A stretch of 64,000 bases of DNA, from NCBI GenBank assembly GCA_027023265.1, contig JALVVV010000055.1, positions 19,907-83,906 on the forward strand, read 5' to 3'. The position numbers were made by a program, and so were the translations under genes. The DNA comes from DHVE2 group archaeon (lineage in GTDB: Archaea > Thermoplasmatota > Thermoplasmata > Thermoplasmatales > Aciduliprofundaceae). Shown one piece after another: positions 50,066-60,680 of the stretch. A model generated the notes under the pieces. It was not told the DNA's origin. It was given only the letters and a program-made list of their open reading frames with translations, and ran no database searches. Every line of letters begins with the position of its first letter. The stretch's first letter is position 1.

Positions 50066-51223
50066 ATGATGCTGTATTATCTTGAGCCATATTTGAAAGA
50101 GGTAGAAACAAGAGTAATTGGAAGTGAAGAAAATAAAATTTTACTTGAGAGAACCGTACTTTACCCGGGTGGGGGTGGGCAACCACCAGATAGAGGATGG
50201 ATTTTATGCGATGGGGAAAAAATTTCAGCGCAGCATCTTGGAAATGGCTGGCATTATATTGACGGGAAATGTGCCGAAAAAAATGTTAGAGTTGTGCTTG
50301 ACTGGGAGTTTAGATACAAGATGATGAAAATGCACACTGCAGAGCATGCTTTTTTCAGGTTTCTTCAAAATAAAGGAGCGGTGCTTGGCAAGGCAAATTT
50401 TGGGGAATACGGTGTAATAGTGTTCAAGGGGAATATTACCAGAAACGATGTGTTAGATGCTGAAAAAAGAGTTATTGATATGATTGGACAGGGTAGAGAA
50501 GTCAGGTCTTTCTGGATCGACAGGTCTCAAATGAAAGAGATGGAAAATCTGAGAATACGCGTTGACCGAATAAAAGATGAGAGAATAAGGGTGGTAGAGA
50601 TTGTTGGCCACGATGTAACAGCATGCAAGGGCATTCATGTGAAAAACATGAGTGAGATTGAAGATTTTGCGGTGGTTAAATTTAGAGATGGTAAAAATAA
50701 AGAAGTTAAGTTCGTTGTGGGAGATAGAGCAAGAGAGAGTCACTATTTATTTTCGTTACATATCAGGAGGATGGCTTGGAAGTATGGAATAGAGTTAGAT
50801 AAAATGGAGAGCCATTTGGAGAATCTCATAACTGAAATTGAAAAATTGAAATATTCGCTTAAAGAAGCGAGTCAAAGCATACCATTTGAAACATTTGAAT
50901 GCTCTGAGTTGAAAATGAAATATCTGCTCATGCACGGCGGGTTCAGAAAGATTATAGTGAAGAGATTGCTTGAAGAAGTGAATAATGGAGTGGATGTTGC
51001 AATATACGGTGATTTGCAGAGCAACTCTTTTTCTTGTGCCTGCAACGATACCCTTGTTAAAAGTATGGTTATTCAAGAAATGAAAAATCATAGTGGAAAG
51101 GGTGGAGGAAGGGATAATTTTGTGAGTGGTACTGTGAATGACGTTAAATCTTTTGTAAATTCCCTGCAAAAAGTTATATGCTCATCGGATATACTCTTGC
51201 ACGGTGATGAAAATGGAAATTGA
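50066..51223 (+). CDS. alaX: AlaX-type alanyl-tRNA editing protein (long form)
   Basis: LYPGGGGQP.D.G, HTAEH, CKGIH, C-terminal GKGGG. Confidence 0.85.
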   Translation: MMLYYLEPYLKEVETRVIGSEENKILLERTVLYPGGGGQPPDRGWILCDGEKISAQHLGNGWHYIDGKCAEKNVRVVLDWEFRYKMMKMHTAEHAFFRFLQNKGAVLGKANFGEYGVIVFKGNITRNDVLDAEKRVIDMIGQGREVRSFWIDRSQMKEMENLRIRVDRIKDERIRVVEIVGHDVTACKGIHVKNMSEIEDFAVVKFRDGKNKEVKFVVGDRARESHYLFSLHIRRMAWKYGIELDKMESHLENLITEIEKLKYSLKEASQSIPFETFECSELKMKYLLMHGGFRKIIVKRLLEEVNNGVDVAIYGDLQSNSFSCACNDTLVKSMVIQEMKNHSGKGGGRDNFVSGTVNDVKSFVNSLQKVICSSDILLHGDENGN

Positions 51224-52223
51224 GAAGCTCCTTGAAGAGATGGTTATGGTGCCAGGAGTTAGCGGTTTTGAAGAACCCTTCAGGAAGTACCTGCTTGAAA
51301 AGCTTGCGGGTTATAATCCGTATGTGGATAGTATGGGGAATGTCATAGTAAAAATTGGGGGTGGAGATAAAAAAGTTGCATTAGTGGCTCATATGGACGA
51401 GATTGGACTGGTGACGACCCACGTGGAGAAAGATGGATACATTAGATTTGCTTATCTTGGAGGTATAGATGATCGCATGATGTACGGAAGAGTAGTGGAG
51501 ATATTTACTGACAGTGGGATAGTGTACGGTGTGGTTGGGCTTATTCCCCCTCATTTGAGTACGAGTACTGATAAGAACAAAATGCCAACTTGGAAAGAAC
51601 TGGCAATTGATATAGGTGCAAAATCGAGGGATGAAGCAATAAGTATGGGCGTCAGGGAGATGCTTCCAGCTCGCTGGAAGAAGGATTTTTTAGTGATGGG
51701 TAAATACGTAGTAACTCGTGGGTTAGATGATAGAGCAGGTTGTGCTGTTCTTTATTATCTTCTGGAAAATCTTAAAGAGGAAAAACTGGATAAAGAAGTT
51801 TACTTTATATGGACGGTGCAAGAGGAAACTGGACTACGAGGTGCCAGCGGGCTTGCAAGCGACATGAAATTTGATGAGGTATATATAGTGGATTCTATGA
51901 CCTCCGGGCTTATGCCAGGCGTGGCGTTTCATTTAAGCACTGCTAAAATTGGTGAAGGCCCTGCTATAAGGGTGGTGGACAGAAAAGGAGTCGCGCCACA
52001 GTTATTGAGGGCGAAGGTTAAGAGAATTGCAAGGGAGAACGGTATACCTGTGCAGGAGGCAATAACTGGTGGAACAACTGATGCTGCAACGATATACGAA
52101 CACGGTATGCTGGCTTTGCCCATTTGTATACCTATAAAATACACACACAGCCCGGTGGAAATGATGCATTTGGCGGATATTAAAAATACAATAGATTTGC
52201 TGGAAAAAATAGTAAAGTCATGA
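51213..52223 (+). CDS. M42 family (TET) aminopeptidase
   Basis: SGFE, AHMDEIG, LDDRAG, VQEE.GLRG, GGTTD, HSP.E. Confidence 0.93.
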   Translation: MEIEKLLEEMVMVPGVSGFEEPFRKYLLEKLAGYNPYVDSMGNVIVKIGGGDKKVALVAHMDEIGLVTTHVEKDGYIRFAYLGGIDDRMMYGRVVEIFTDSGIVYGVVGLIPPHLSTSTDKNKMPTWKELAIDIGAKSRDEAISMGVREMLPARWKKDFLVMGKYVVTRGLDDRAGCAVLYYLLENLKEEKLDKEVYFIWTVQEETGLRGASGLASDMKFDEVYIVDSMTSGLMPGVAFHLSTAKIGEGPAIRVVDRKGVAPQLLRAKVKRIARENGIPVQEAITGGTTDAATIYEHGMLALPICIPIKYTHSPVEMMHLADIKNTIDLLEKIVKS

Positions 52224-53432
52224 AATTTCTTCTTTTATCACCTCAGCCAGCCTTTTTATTCCCTCTTTTATTTGTTCCTCGGTGGAGTAAGTGAAGTTCA
52301 GCCGCATTGTGTTCTTGTGGTCTCTATTTGGGAAGAACGCCGAGCCAATAACGTACGCGACTTTGTGTGCTATAGCCTTTTTGAACATCATCTCTGCGTC
52401 TATTTTTGGAGGCAGGGTTACCCACAGGAACATTCCCCCATCTGGATGTGTCCATCTTACATTCTCAGGGAATTCGTCTTCCATCATATCCAGCATCAAA
52501 TCCCTGTGACCTTTGTATAGCCTGATTATGTTTGGTAGGTGTTCAATCAAGTATCCTCCTTTTATGTAGTCTCTTGCGATGTACTGGCCAAGAGTATTGG
52601 TGCACAGGTCAATGCCCTGCTTTGCAAGTACTGCTTTGTGAATGATTTCCTCGTTAGCGATCATATGTGCCAATCTCAATCCAGGGGCAAGAATCTTTGA
52701 AAAAGTCCCTAAATATATCACCTGCCCGTTTTTGTCCATGGATTTTAGAATGGGTAGCGATTCACCGGAGTACCTGAGCTCCCCATACGGGTCATCTTCT
52801 ATAACTAACAAGTTAAACTCTTCTGCAAGTTCCAACAAGTGCTTTCTTCTATCCAAGCTCATTGTCACTCCCGCAGGGTTTTGGAATGTTGGTATTGTGT
52901 ATAACAACTTTGGCTTGATTCCATCTTTTTTAAGTTCTTTTAATTTTTCCTCTAACAGGTGAGTGTCCATTCCGTTATCGTCCATTTCTATGGCAATGTA
53001 CTTTGGAGAATATGATTGAAACGCAGTTAGAACGCCTATGTAGGTAGGGGCCTCCACGATTACATGGTCCCCAGGGTTTATGAATATCTTCGCAAGAAGG
53101 TATAGAGCCTGTTGGGAGCCTGCAGTTATCAAAATATTTTCTCTTTTAGTTTTTATATTATACCTCTCATTAACAAACTCAGAAAGGGTATCTCTAAAAC
53201 TGTTAACTCCTTCTGTGGAGCCGTACTGAAGAACAGATGCCCCTTCTTTTTTAAGAAGGTTCTCTACTATCGAGTTTATTTTTTCCACGGGGAAGGATTT
53301 TGGATTTGGCAATCCTCCTGCAAAAGATATAATATCTGGCTGCTGGGTAAACTTCAGTAGCTCTCTAATCTCGGAGGCTTTCAGGTTTTTTGCTATTTCG
53401 GAAAACTCTTCTTCATAGTTCAAAGATATCAC
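52218..53432 (-). CDS. PLP-dependent class I/II aminotransferase (LysN-like)
   Basis: SEIRELL, FAGGLP, FQNP.G, EDDPY, TFSK.LAPGLR, GGMFLW. Confidence 0.93.
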   Translation of the reverse strand: MISLNYEEEFSEIAKNLKASEIRELLKFTQQPDIISFAGGLPNPKSFPVEKINSIVENLLKKEGASVLQYGSTEGVNSFRDTLSEFVNERYNIKTKRENILITAGSQQALYLLAKIFINPGDHVIVEAPTYIGVLTAFQSYSPKYIAIEMDDNGMDTHLLEEKLKELKKDGIKPKLLYTIPTFQNPAGVTMSLDRRKHLLELAEEFNLLVIEDDPYGELRYSGESLPILKSMDKNGQVIYLGTFSKILAPGLRLAHMIANEEIIHKAVLAKQGIDLCTNTLGQYIARDYIKGGYLIEHLPNIIRLYKGHRDLMLDMMEDEFPENVRWTHPDGGMFLWVTLPPKIDAEMMFKKAIAHKVAYVIGSAFFPNRDHKNTMRLNFTYSTEEQIKEGIKRLAEVIKEEIS

Positions 53433-53470
53433 CGGAGAGGAGAATGTTAAATTAGGATATTAATGTTACC

Positions 53471-54244
53471 TTACTCTTCCTCTCCTCCGTACTTCTTCAT
53501 GCGCTCTCTTTCCCTCTCCAATTTTTTCTCCCTTCTTCTCTTTTCTTCCTCAATCTTCTCCAGTTCCTCAGGGGGGAGTTCTACCTCTCTCTTTTCAGCG
53601 ACTTTTATAAACTCGGGGGGTATTTCGTTTGATATGAATACTTTGGGGGAGGATACATATATTGGATTTCCATTTTCTATTGCCCCTTTCGCGTCTATCT
53701 CCAGTATAACAGGATCTTCAACTCTGTGTCTCCCTGCAATGTATGCATCTTCGTAGGTCTTGCTTAAATGTACCCATTTTCTATCTCCGGGCTTTAGACC
53801 CATTTCTTGGATAAACTCCAGTTCTTCCTGAGTGGTAGGGTAGTATAGAATATCAGGTACTCCCTCAGTTGGGAGGTCACTCAGATCTACTTTTATAGAA
53901 TGTCCGTATGTTGCCCTTATTCTCTTATTCTCCATATCCAACTGGTATCTTCCCTTATCGTCAGTGAGAACGATGGCCTCTATGTGCTTTATTTTTAGCC
54001 ATCTAAAGCGCCTGTGTCTGCGCTTTATTCCTTTTACAATGTCATATAAATTTGCCCATCCATGCTCATCTAAACGCACTCCAAACTTTTCAGGAAAGTG
54101 CCTTAATATCCCAGTGAGCATTCTGCTCAGAGCAACTAATTCCCAATCGTTTAGCATGAATGTGCCCTCTTCCCCGCATATTGGGCAAGTATCCCCCCGA
54201 AACGGACCATGCTTTTCACACCATCTTACCTGCACCATATTCAT
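53471..54244 (-). CDS. kptA: RNA 2'-phosphotransferase with N-terminal Zn finger
   Basis: LRH.PE, KGRY, IRATYGHS, R.WVHLS; N-terminal C..HG..C..C. Confidence 0.92.
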   Translation of the reverse strand: MNMVQVRWCEKHGPFRGDTCPICGEEGTFMLNDWELVALSRMLTGILRHFPEKFGVRLDEHGWANLYDIVKGIKRRHRRFRWLKIKHIEAIVLTDDKGRYQLDMENKRIRATYGHSIKVDLSDLPTEGVPDILYYPTTQEELEFIQEMGLKPGDRKWVHLSKTYEDAYIAGRHRVEDPVILEIDAKGAIENGNPIYVSSPKVFISNEIPPEFIKVAEKREVELPPEELEKIEEEKRRREKKLERERERMKKYGGEEE

Positions 54245-54317
54245 CACGGTGAGGAATGACATTCTCAATATAAAGATTACCCATACTCTTAAATACGTAC
54301 TGTAGTATTCCGCACAC

Positions 54318-54617
54318 ATGCTCACGGAAGATGATGTAAAAAGGGTCCTCAAAACGGCTGTTGATCCAGAATTTGGAGTTAGCGTTGTTGATTTGGGATT
54401 GATATACGACCTGAAAATTTATGACAATAATAAAGTGTACATCAAAATGACCCTTACCACGCCCACTTGTCCGTTGGCAAATGTAATAGTAGCCGATGTG
54501 TACCAGAAGGTAAAAGAGATTCCAGAAGTGGAAGATGTTGATATAGAATTAACATTTGACCCACTATGGAGTCCGGATATGATGACTCCCGAAGCCAGAA
54601 AACTTCTGGGATTATAA
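54318..54617 (+). CDS. DUF59/SufT Fe-S assembly protein
   Basis: DPE.GVSVVDLGLIY, TLTTPTCP, FDPLW. Confidence 0.93.
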   Translation: MLTEDDVKRVLKTAVDPEFGVSVVDLGLIYDLKIYDNNKVYIKMTLTTPTCPLANVIVADVYQKVKEIPEVEDVDIELTFDPLWSPDMMTPEARKLLGL

Positions 54618-55271
54618 TCATTTATTTGCAAGGGCAAACGTGGATACTATTCCGAAAATCATGAGCGATGTTTCCACTATGGGAAATATACGACCGATAA
54701 ATATTATAGTCACTGCATTGATGAATCCTCCAATTACAACTATTGAGAGTGCAATTATGAATATAGCAATTTTTGCGCGGGTTGTACCACTATTTAATTT
54801 TCTGTAGATGTATATAAATATCCCAAGTGCAGCTGTAACGTAAGATAGTGCGTAAATAGAGTATATTAAGTGATATGTCTCGTGATAAACTCCTGTCCAG
54901 CCGTAGGGGCCCATGGAAACATCTATAATCATTACGGTAAATACTATGTATATTATGAAAATCACAGGTATGAAGGACAAAATAATGAACCGTTTATTGA
55001 AACCTTCCCGGAAATAATCTGCAAAAATCAGGAGAAAATATGCACCTATTGCAAGGGAACTTAGATCATATTTTAGCAGGTGATACGCACGATATGCGCT
55101 TCCGGTGAATTCAAAAAACGCCATGGTTTCTGAAAATCCGAGAGAGACAAGAGCGCCTATAAATAGAAAGTGTGATACATTTTTATTTTTACGAGTAGCT
55201 ATGTACGTTGCGAGTATGTAATATATTATCGCACCTCCTATGCTGAAAGCTGCCCCGAAATCACTGTTCAT
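54618..55271 (-). CDS. Stand-alone multi-TM protein resembling histidine-kinase N-terminal 7TM sensor domains
   Basis: About 7 hydrophobic segments, N..F after TM1, PYGW loop; no cytoplasmic output domain. Confidence 0.6.
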   Translation of the reverse strand: MNSDFGAAFSIGGAIIYYILATYIATRKNKNVSHFLFIGALVSLGFSETMAFFEFTGSAYRAYHLLKYDLSSLAIGAYFLLIFADYFREGFNKRFIILSFIPVIFIIYIVFTVMIIDVSMGPYGWTGVYHETYHLIYSIYALSYVTAALGIFIYIYRKLNSGTTRAKIAIFIIALSIVVIGGFINAVTIIFIGRIFPIVETSLMIFGIVSTFALANK

Positions 55272-55309
55272 TTTACCCCCTGCGCGTACATGATAATAAG
55301 GATAAAAGT

Positions 55310-56089
55310 TTATCTACTTTTCGCTTCATTTATTTGCTTGAATAACGACCTGAAAATGTAGTACCCGTCACCGATATTCCTTGGATTTCTTGTCCAGTCT
55401 GGATGCTGAAATGGGAAATACGCGCGCTCTGGATGTGGCATTATTCCAAATACATTCCCGTATGAATTTACAATGGCTGCTATGTTGTTGATGCTACCGT
55501 TTGGGTTCCACGGGTACTCTGGTTCTGTCCCATCTGGAGAAATGTATCGGAATACCACCTGGCCGTTATCTTCTATTTTTTTAATAATATTCTGCGTTGC
55601 AAAAAACTTACCTTCTGCGTGGGCCACAGGAAGCATTATTTTATTGGGGACATCTCTTGAAAACATGGTATCGTTAATCTTCTCTAAGTGTACCCATCTG
55701 CACTCAAATCGGTTACTGTTGTTGGTCATGAGCGCTGCTTGGGGGACTTCACTTATTCCTTCAGTTCCTGGCAAAAGTCCCAGTTCAATAAGTACCTGAA
55801 ATCCGTTGCACACACCCATCACGGGCTTTCCAGATTCTACAAAATCAACTATGTCTTTCCATACCTTTGCCTTTAGCCTTGCGGCGAATACTGCGCCTGC
55901 TCTTATATAATCTCCTGATGAAAAACCCCCGGGTATGAAAATCATATCGTAGGATTCAAGCATACCCTCGGTTAGATTGTTTATGTGTAAATACTCTGGA
56001 TTTGCTCCTGTTTCTTTGAATGCAATGTATGATTCTTCCTCGCAGTTTGTGCCCTCCATTTGCAGTATTGCAACTCGCACCTGTATCAC
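55310..56089 (-). CDS. purQ: FGAM synthase subunit PurQ
   Basis: GTNC, PGGFS.GD, GVCNGFQ, AHAEG, NPNGS, MPHPER. Confidence 0.97.
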   Translation of the reverse strand: MIQVRVAILQMEGTNCEEESYIAFKETGANPEYLHINNLTEGMLESYDMIFIPGGFSSGDYIRAGAVFAARLKAKVWKDIVDFVESGKPVMGVCNGFQVLIELGLLPGTEGISEVPQAALMTNNSNRFECRWVHLEKINDTMFSRDVPNKIMLPVAHAEGKFFATQNIIKKIEDNGQVVFRYISPDGTEPEYPWNPNGSINNIAAIVNSYGNVFGIMPHPERAYFPFQHPDWTRNPRNIGDGYYIFRSLFKQINEAKSR

Positions 56090-58389
56090 CTCAAATATTT
56101 TTTAAGGGAACCTTTCCAAATGTCCCTCATGTTGTCTACATTCACATTAAATAGCCAGCGTTCGCCGTCTTTAACTCTGAGACGGTCACCATCAACTACC
56201 CCTATACTCTTTCCATCAACAAGGGATTCAAATTTTCCTGTGTTCTCCGGTTTAACTTCGCAAACCCATCTGGTTGGGCTCTCTGAGAACAGTTTTATGT
56301 CCGGCCTGAAATGCTCCATGTTCTTCAAATCAATCTCAGCTCCAAGGTTTCCACCAATGGACATCTCCGCGAGAGTTACTCCTAAACCCCCATGGGAAAT
56401 ATCATGGCAGGATTCTACAAGTCCTTTTGAAATGGCAGAATGCAGCTGTTCACTCAATAATTTTGTTTTTTCTATATTTACATTTGGAACGATTGTACTG
56501 GATGCGTTAAGTAGTGAGTAGTATTCGCTGCCACCCATTTCACCGGTGGTTTTTCCTATCAGATATATGTGGTTTCCCTCCTTTTTAAAATCGGAAGTTA
56601 TGGCATTTCTGATATCGTCGATTATGCCTACTGCCATTAACACGGGAGTTGGAGGTATATTTTTTCCAAATGCCTCATTGTAAAAACTCACGTTGCCCGA
56701 CACGTAAGGTATGCCCAGTGTGCGGGCAGCATCGCCTAGACCCCTGCAAGTTTCCACAAACTCACCCATTATTTCAGGGCGCTCAGGATTCCCAAAATTG
56801 AGTCCGTCGGACATGCTGCTTGGCATGGCACCAACAGCTACGAGGTTTCTAACGGCTTCATCAACGGTGTACAATGCCCCGAGGTATGGATTTAATTTGG
56901 ATATGTGAGGGTTGGATACGGTTGTTATTGCTATGCCTTTCCATGAATCATGCAATGGTTTTAATACCGCTGCATCGCCGTGGCTTTCATACCCCACAAT
57001 CCCATGCATGGGTTTTATTACTGTTCTGCCCTGTACCTCGTGGTCGTACTGTCTTATTACCCATTCCTTGCTAGCAATGTTGTATGTGGATAATAATTTA
57101 AGAAAAACGCGCCGGTAATTTGGCTCTGGGGGTATCTCTTGCATTTCTTGCACTCTGCGCACGGTGTAATCTCTCTCGTATTCTACTCCTGCGGTTATGA
57201 ACTCAAGGGGCATATCAAGAATTTTGTTTCCGTGCCAGAATATTCGCAGATTTTTCTGCTCAATAGTTTCTCCTATAACACTCATTTCAATGTCCCACTT
57301 TTTGCACAATTTTTCAAGATCTGGTAGATTTTTATCTTCAATTGCCAAGAGCATACGCTCTTGAGACTCGCTAACCCATATTTCCCAGGGTACCATATCT
57401 CCCTCTTTCAACAGCACCCTATCAAGATACACGTTCGCTCCAACGCCTCCTGCATGGCACATCTCCCCAACCACGCTTCCTAAACCACCCCCTCCAAGAT
57501 CTTTCATTCCGTGAATTATGCCAAGTTCGTTAGCTTCCAAAACAAGGTGAATTAAGGGCTCTTTCAGTATCGGATTTCCAAGCTGAACCGCCTGCCGCTC
57601 TTCTTCGCTTTTTTCATCTAAAATTTTTGAGGCAAAATTTACCCCATGAATACCGTCTCTCCCCGTTCTACCTCCTACCATTACCAGTTTTACACCTGCC
57701 TTGTCAACGGCACTCCTTACAATTTTATCTTTTTTTACTACTCCGAGACAACCTGCGTTTACGAGAACGTTGTTGACGTAATCTTCATGGAAATATGTGA
57801 TTCCTGCTACGGTTGGAATTCCCACTCTGTTACCATAATCGCGAATACCGGAAATCACTCCGTTGATTAAAAACAATGGATGTTTTATGCCTTTGTTTAA
57901 CTTACCTCTGTAATCTGGTGGTCCAAAGAATAGGGGGTCCACGAGAGCAATGGGTTTTGCCCCCATGTTAAGAACGTCCCTTATTATGCCCCCGACTCCC
58001 GTCGCTGCACCCCCATATGGCTCAACTGCACTTGGGTGGTTGTGGCTCTCTATTTTGAACACGTAGGCATATTCATCATCAAGTTCCACAACTCCTGCAT
58101 CGTCTTGCATCACGATCATAGCGTGTTCGGAGGGTATTCCAAATATGTATTTTCTCAGAATGGGTTTGGATGATTTGTAGGAGCAATGCTCGCTCCAGCC
58201 CTGAGCAATTGCATGAATCTCCAAATCTGTGGGATTCCTTCCCATTTTCCTGAAAAAATCCCTTATCTTTTTCATCTCATCCATGCTTAGAGCGAGGCCC
58301 ATGGTGTTGTTGATTTCATCTAATTCCTCATCGGTAGCATCAATTATGTTCACTTCATAAACACCGGTTGCTATTTTTTTCAATTTCAT
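56086..58389 (-). CDS. purL: FGAM synthase subunit PurL
   Basis: WSEHCSYKS, ESHNHPS, GRDGIHG, SESQERM, QYDHEV, SGNVSFYN. Confidence 0.98.
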   Translation of the reverse strand: MKLKKIATGVYEVNIIDATDEELDEINNTMGLALSMDEMKKIRDFFRKMGRNPTDLEIHAIAQGWSEHCSYKSSKPILRKYIFGIPSEHAMIVMQDDAGVVELDDEYAYVFKIESHNHPSAVEPYGGAATGVGGIIRDVLNMGAKPIALVDPLFFGPPDYRGKLNKGIKHPLFLINGVISGIRDYGNRVGIPTVAGITYFHEDYVNNVLVNAGCLGVVKKDKIVRSAVDKAGVKLVMVGGRTGRDGIHGVNFASKILDEKSEEERQAVQLGNPILKEPLIHLVLEANELGIIHGMKDLGGGGLGSVVGEMCHAGGVGANVYLDRVLLKEGDMVPWEIWVSESQERMLLAIEDKNLPDLEKLCKKWDIEMSVIGETIEQKNLRIFWHGNKILDMPLEFITAGVEYERDYTVRRVQEMQEIPPEPNYRRVFLKLLSTYNIASKEWVIRQYDHEVQGRTVIKPMHGIVGYESHGDAAVLKPLHDSWKGIAITTVSNPHISKLNPYLGALYTVDEAVRNLVAVGAMPSSMSDGLNFGNPERPEIMGEFVETCRGLGDAARTLGIPYVSGNVSFYNEAFGKNIPPTPVLMAVGIIDDIRNAITSDFKKEGNHIYLIGKTTGEMGGSEYYSLLNASSTIVPNVNIEKTKLLSEQLHSAISKGLVESCHDISHGGLGVTLAEMSIGGNLGAEIDLKNMEHFRPDIKLFSESPTRWVCEVKPENTGKFESLVDGKSIGVVDGDRLRVKDGERWLFNVNVDNMRDIWKGSLKKYLR

Positions 58390-58631
58390 ATCTCCTCAAC
58401 CCGTATGTCGTAGGAGTGGATTACCGGGTTTACAAATAGCTTTTTAACCATCTCTTCTGCCATATTTTTTCCATCTTGTGGATTGTAGTTCATATATATT
58501 ATATACTGCTTGACGACTTTTACTTCAGAGATGCTCTCAAAGCCCAAAAGCTCCAACGACCTCCTTATGCTTTTTCCCTCTGGATCGTCTATGCCGTCTT
58601 TCAATCTAACCGTAATTGTTGCTTTAAGCAT
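58386..58631 (-). CDS. purS: FGAM synthase subunit PurS
   Basis: DPEG..I..SL..LGF, NPVI. Confidence 0.95.
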   Translation of the reverse strand: MLKATITVRLKDGIDDPEGKSIRRSLELLGFESISEVKVVKQYIIYMNYNPQDGKNMAEEMVKKLFVNPVIHSYDIRVEEI

Positions 58632-58707
58632 GGGTAGATATGGATTTAATACTTAACCTTTTAATCCGTGAAAAACTTTAAAAGTGATGAGTATATATTA
58701 TCTCCCA

Positions 58708-59559
58708 ATGTCCGAGTTTGAAGAAACAAAGCGAATGATTGATGCTATGTTTGCTGAAAGGGATTATGCGTCTGTTATTGAATTTATAAATAAAAAAATG
58801 GCCGAGACCACGGACAAGGCTTTGCTATCTCTTCTATTGTACGAAAAGGGGAAAGTGTTGTATTACATGGGTAAAATAAAAGAATCACAGGGACTTTTAG
58901 ATGAATCACTTTCCCTTCTTGATAACCTGAGTAATGATTTGCAGGGGGTTATTCTCTTCAGTATAGCAAGCGTGTATCTTGTTATGGGTGAGGTTCACAA
59001 CGCCGAGATGCTGTTTAGGAAAACCCTCGAGATTCTTCCAGAGACAGATCACCATTATATTGCTGCTCTTAACAATCTTGGAGACATGTACAAGAGGCAA
59101 GAAAAATACGGTGAGGCCGAGGACTATTTTAAAAAGTGTTACAAGCTATCAATGGCTACAGGTAATAATTTTATGGCTGCGTATTCCAGCGAGGGTCTCG
59201 CAGGGGTCTATGCTGTGCGCGGGATGAAAAGCGAGACAATGGAATGGCTGGATAGAGCATTGAAATATTCGCGGGATGCAGGAGACACGAGGCTTGTAAG
59301 GCTTGTAGAAATAATCCTAAAAATGTTAAATGGAATCCCTATTGACGTCGTTAAGAGAGAATCACTGGATTTTATGAAGCTGGGTACTTACCGGTCGCAC
59401 GATATTGCTGATGCGTTTATGATTTATTCATCTCTACTTCCTGCCAATGAGCAGGAGGAGTACTTGAAGGAAGCAATAAATATCTATTCTAATGTTGGAG
59501 ACGCATACATGGAGGGGAAAGCCATCAAAAGGTTGGAGAGTTTGAATCGAAGGCTATAA
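58708..59559 (+). CDS. Tetratricopeptide repeat protein
   Basis: ALNNLGDMY..Y.EA..YF.K type repeats. Confidence 0.85.
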   Translation: MSEFEETKRMIDAMFAERDYASVIEFINKKMAETTDKALLSLLLYEKGKVLYYMGKIKESQGLLDESLSLLDNLSNDLQGVILFSIASVYLVMGEVHNAEMLFRKTLEILPETDHHYIAALNNLGDMYKRQEKYGEAEDYFKKCYKLSMATGNNFMAAYSSEGLAGVYAVRGMKSETMEWLDRALKYSRDAGDTRLVRLVEIILKMLNGIPIDVVKRESLDFMKLGTYRSHDIADAFMIYSSLLPANEQEEYLKEAINIYSNVGDAYMEGKAIKRLESLNRRL

Positions 59560-59627
59560 ATATTCTTACTCTTTTACGCCAACGGGGGAGATGTCCCGCG
59601 GAGGAGAATCCCCAGGAGGAATGATGT

Positions 59628-60227
59628 ATGTACAAGCTTCCGAAAAAGAAAGCTAAAAATATGTACGGTTATGTGAAGAACTCATGGAAAGAGATGGATA
59701 AGACGTACGTTCGCGATATACAGTGGGAAAGAATGATTGAGTGGCGAAAGGGCCCTGCAATTGTGAGGGTTAATAGGCCAACAAGGATTGATAGAGCAAG
59801 AGAATTGGGTTATAAAGCGAAGCAGGGATACGTGGTTGCAAGGATTAGGGTGCGCCGCGGGAATCTCCAAAGGCGCAGAATCAAAGGTGGAAGAAGGCCT
59901 AAGAGAAAGGGTATGCTGAGGATACCTATGAGAAAGAGCATTCAAAGGATTGCTGAAGAGAGAGTTGCCCGCAAGTATCCGAATCTGGAAGTTCTGAATT
60001 CATATTATGTTGGTGAAGATGGCAAACACAAATACTATGAAGTAATACTCGTTGACCCGCATCACCCTGCGATTATGAATGACCCGAAGATAAACTGGAT
60101 TTCAAGTGGTAAGCACAAGGGAAGAGCATTCCGTGGCTTGACAAGTGCTGGCAAGAAAGGAAGAGGATTGAGGAATAAAGGAATGGGTGCTGAAAAAGCT
60201 AGGCCCTCAAGAAGGGCAAATCTTTAA
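59628..60227 (+). CDS. rpl15e: 50S ribosomal protein L15e
   Basis: [35 protein letters not shown]. Confidence 0.98.
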   Translation: MYKLPKKKAKNMYGYVKNSWKEMDKTYVRDIQWERMIEWRKGPAIVRVNRPTRIDRARELGYKAKQGYVVARIRVRRGNLQRRRIKGGRRPKRKGMLRIPMRKSIQRIAEERVARKYPNLEVLNSYYVGEDGKHKYYEVILVDPHHPAIMNDPKINWISSGKHKGRAFRGLTSAGKKGRGLRNKGMGAEKARPSRRANL

Positions 60228-60236
60228 TTTTTTATT

Positions 60237-60680
60237 ATGAAAAAGGTAATTGATGGCATCTATTTGAGGTGCCTTGTTCATTCCACAGAGGATGCTGAGA
60301 AAGTAAAAAAGGCGATGCAATTTATTTCAGGGTATGAAAAATTTAGTGAGGAGGCTCTTAAGGGTTACCACGGGAATGTTATAGTCGTTTTATCTTTAAC
60401 TCTGACTAAAAATCGGGATATATTACGATTTATGAAAAGATTGAATGAGCTTGGTATAACAGTGCTTATTGTGGAAAATATAAATTCCCTTATGGACGAT
60501 GACGGTGAAATACACATACGATTTGACAAGCAGGAAGCGTATATGGAACGCGTTGCACTCACTTCAGGAGGAGATGCCATTACCCTGAAAATAAAAGTGG
60601 TTAGTTATCCAAAAAGAAGAGAAACAGCTATCAAAAATTTTAAAGAATTTATTGAGATGATTCAATCTTCACAACAGTAA
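60237..60680 (+). CDS. RNA-binding protein (DUF54/COG1325-like)
   Basis: HSTED.EKV..A, GYHGN.I, RFDKQ.A; position after rpl15e. Confidence 0.85.
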   Translation: MKKVIDGIYLRCLVHSTEDAEKVKKAMQFISGYEKFSEEALKGYHGNVIVVLSLTLTKNRDILRFMKRLNELGITVLIVENINSLMDDDGEIHIRFDKQEAYMERVALTSGGDAITLKIKVVSYPKRRETAIKNFKEFIEMIQSSQQ

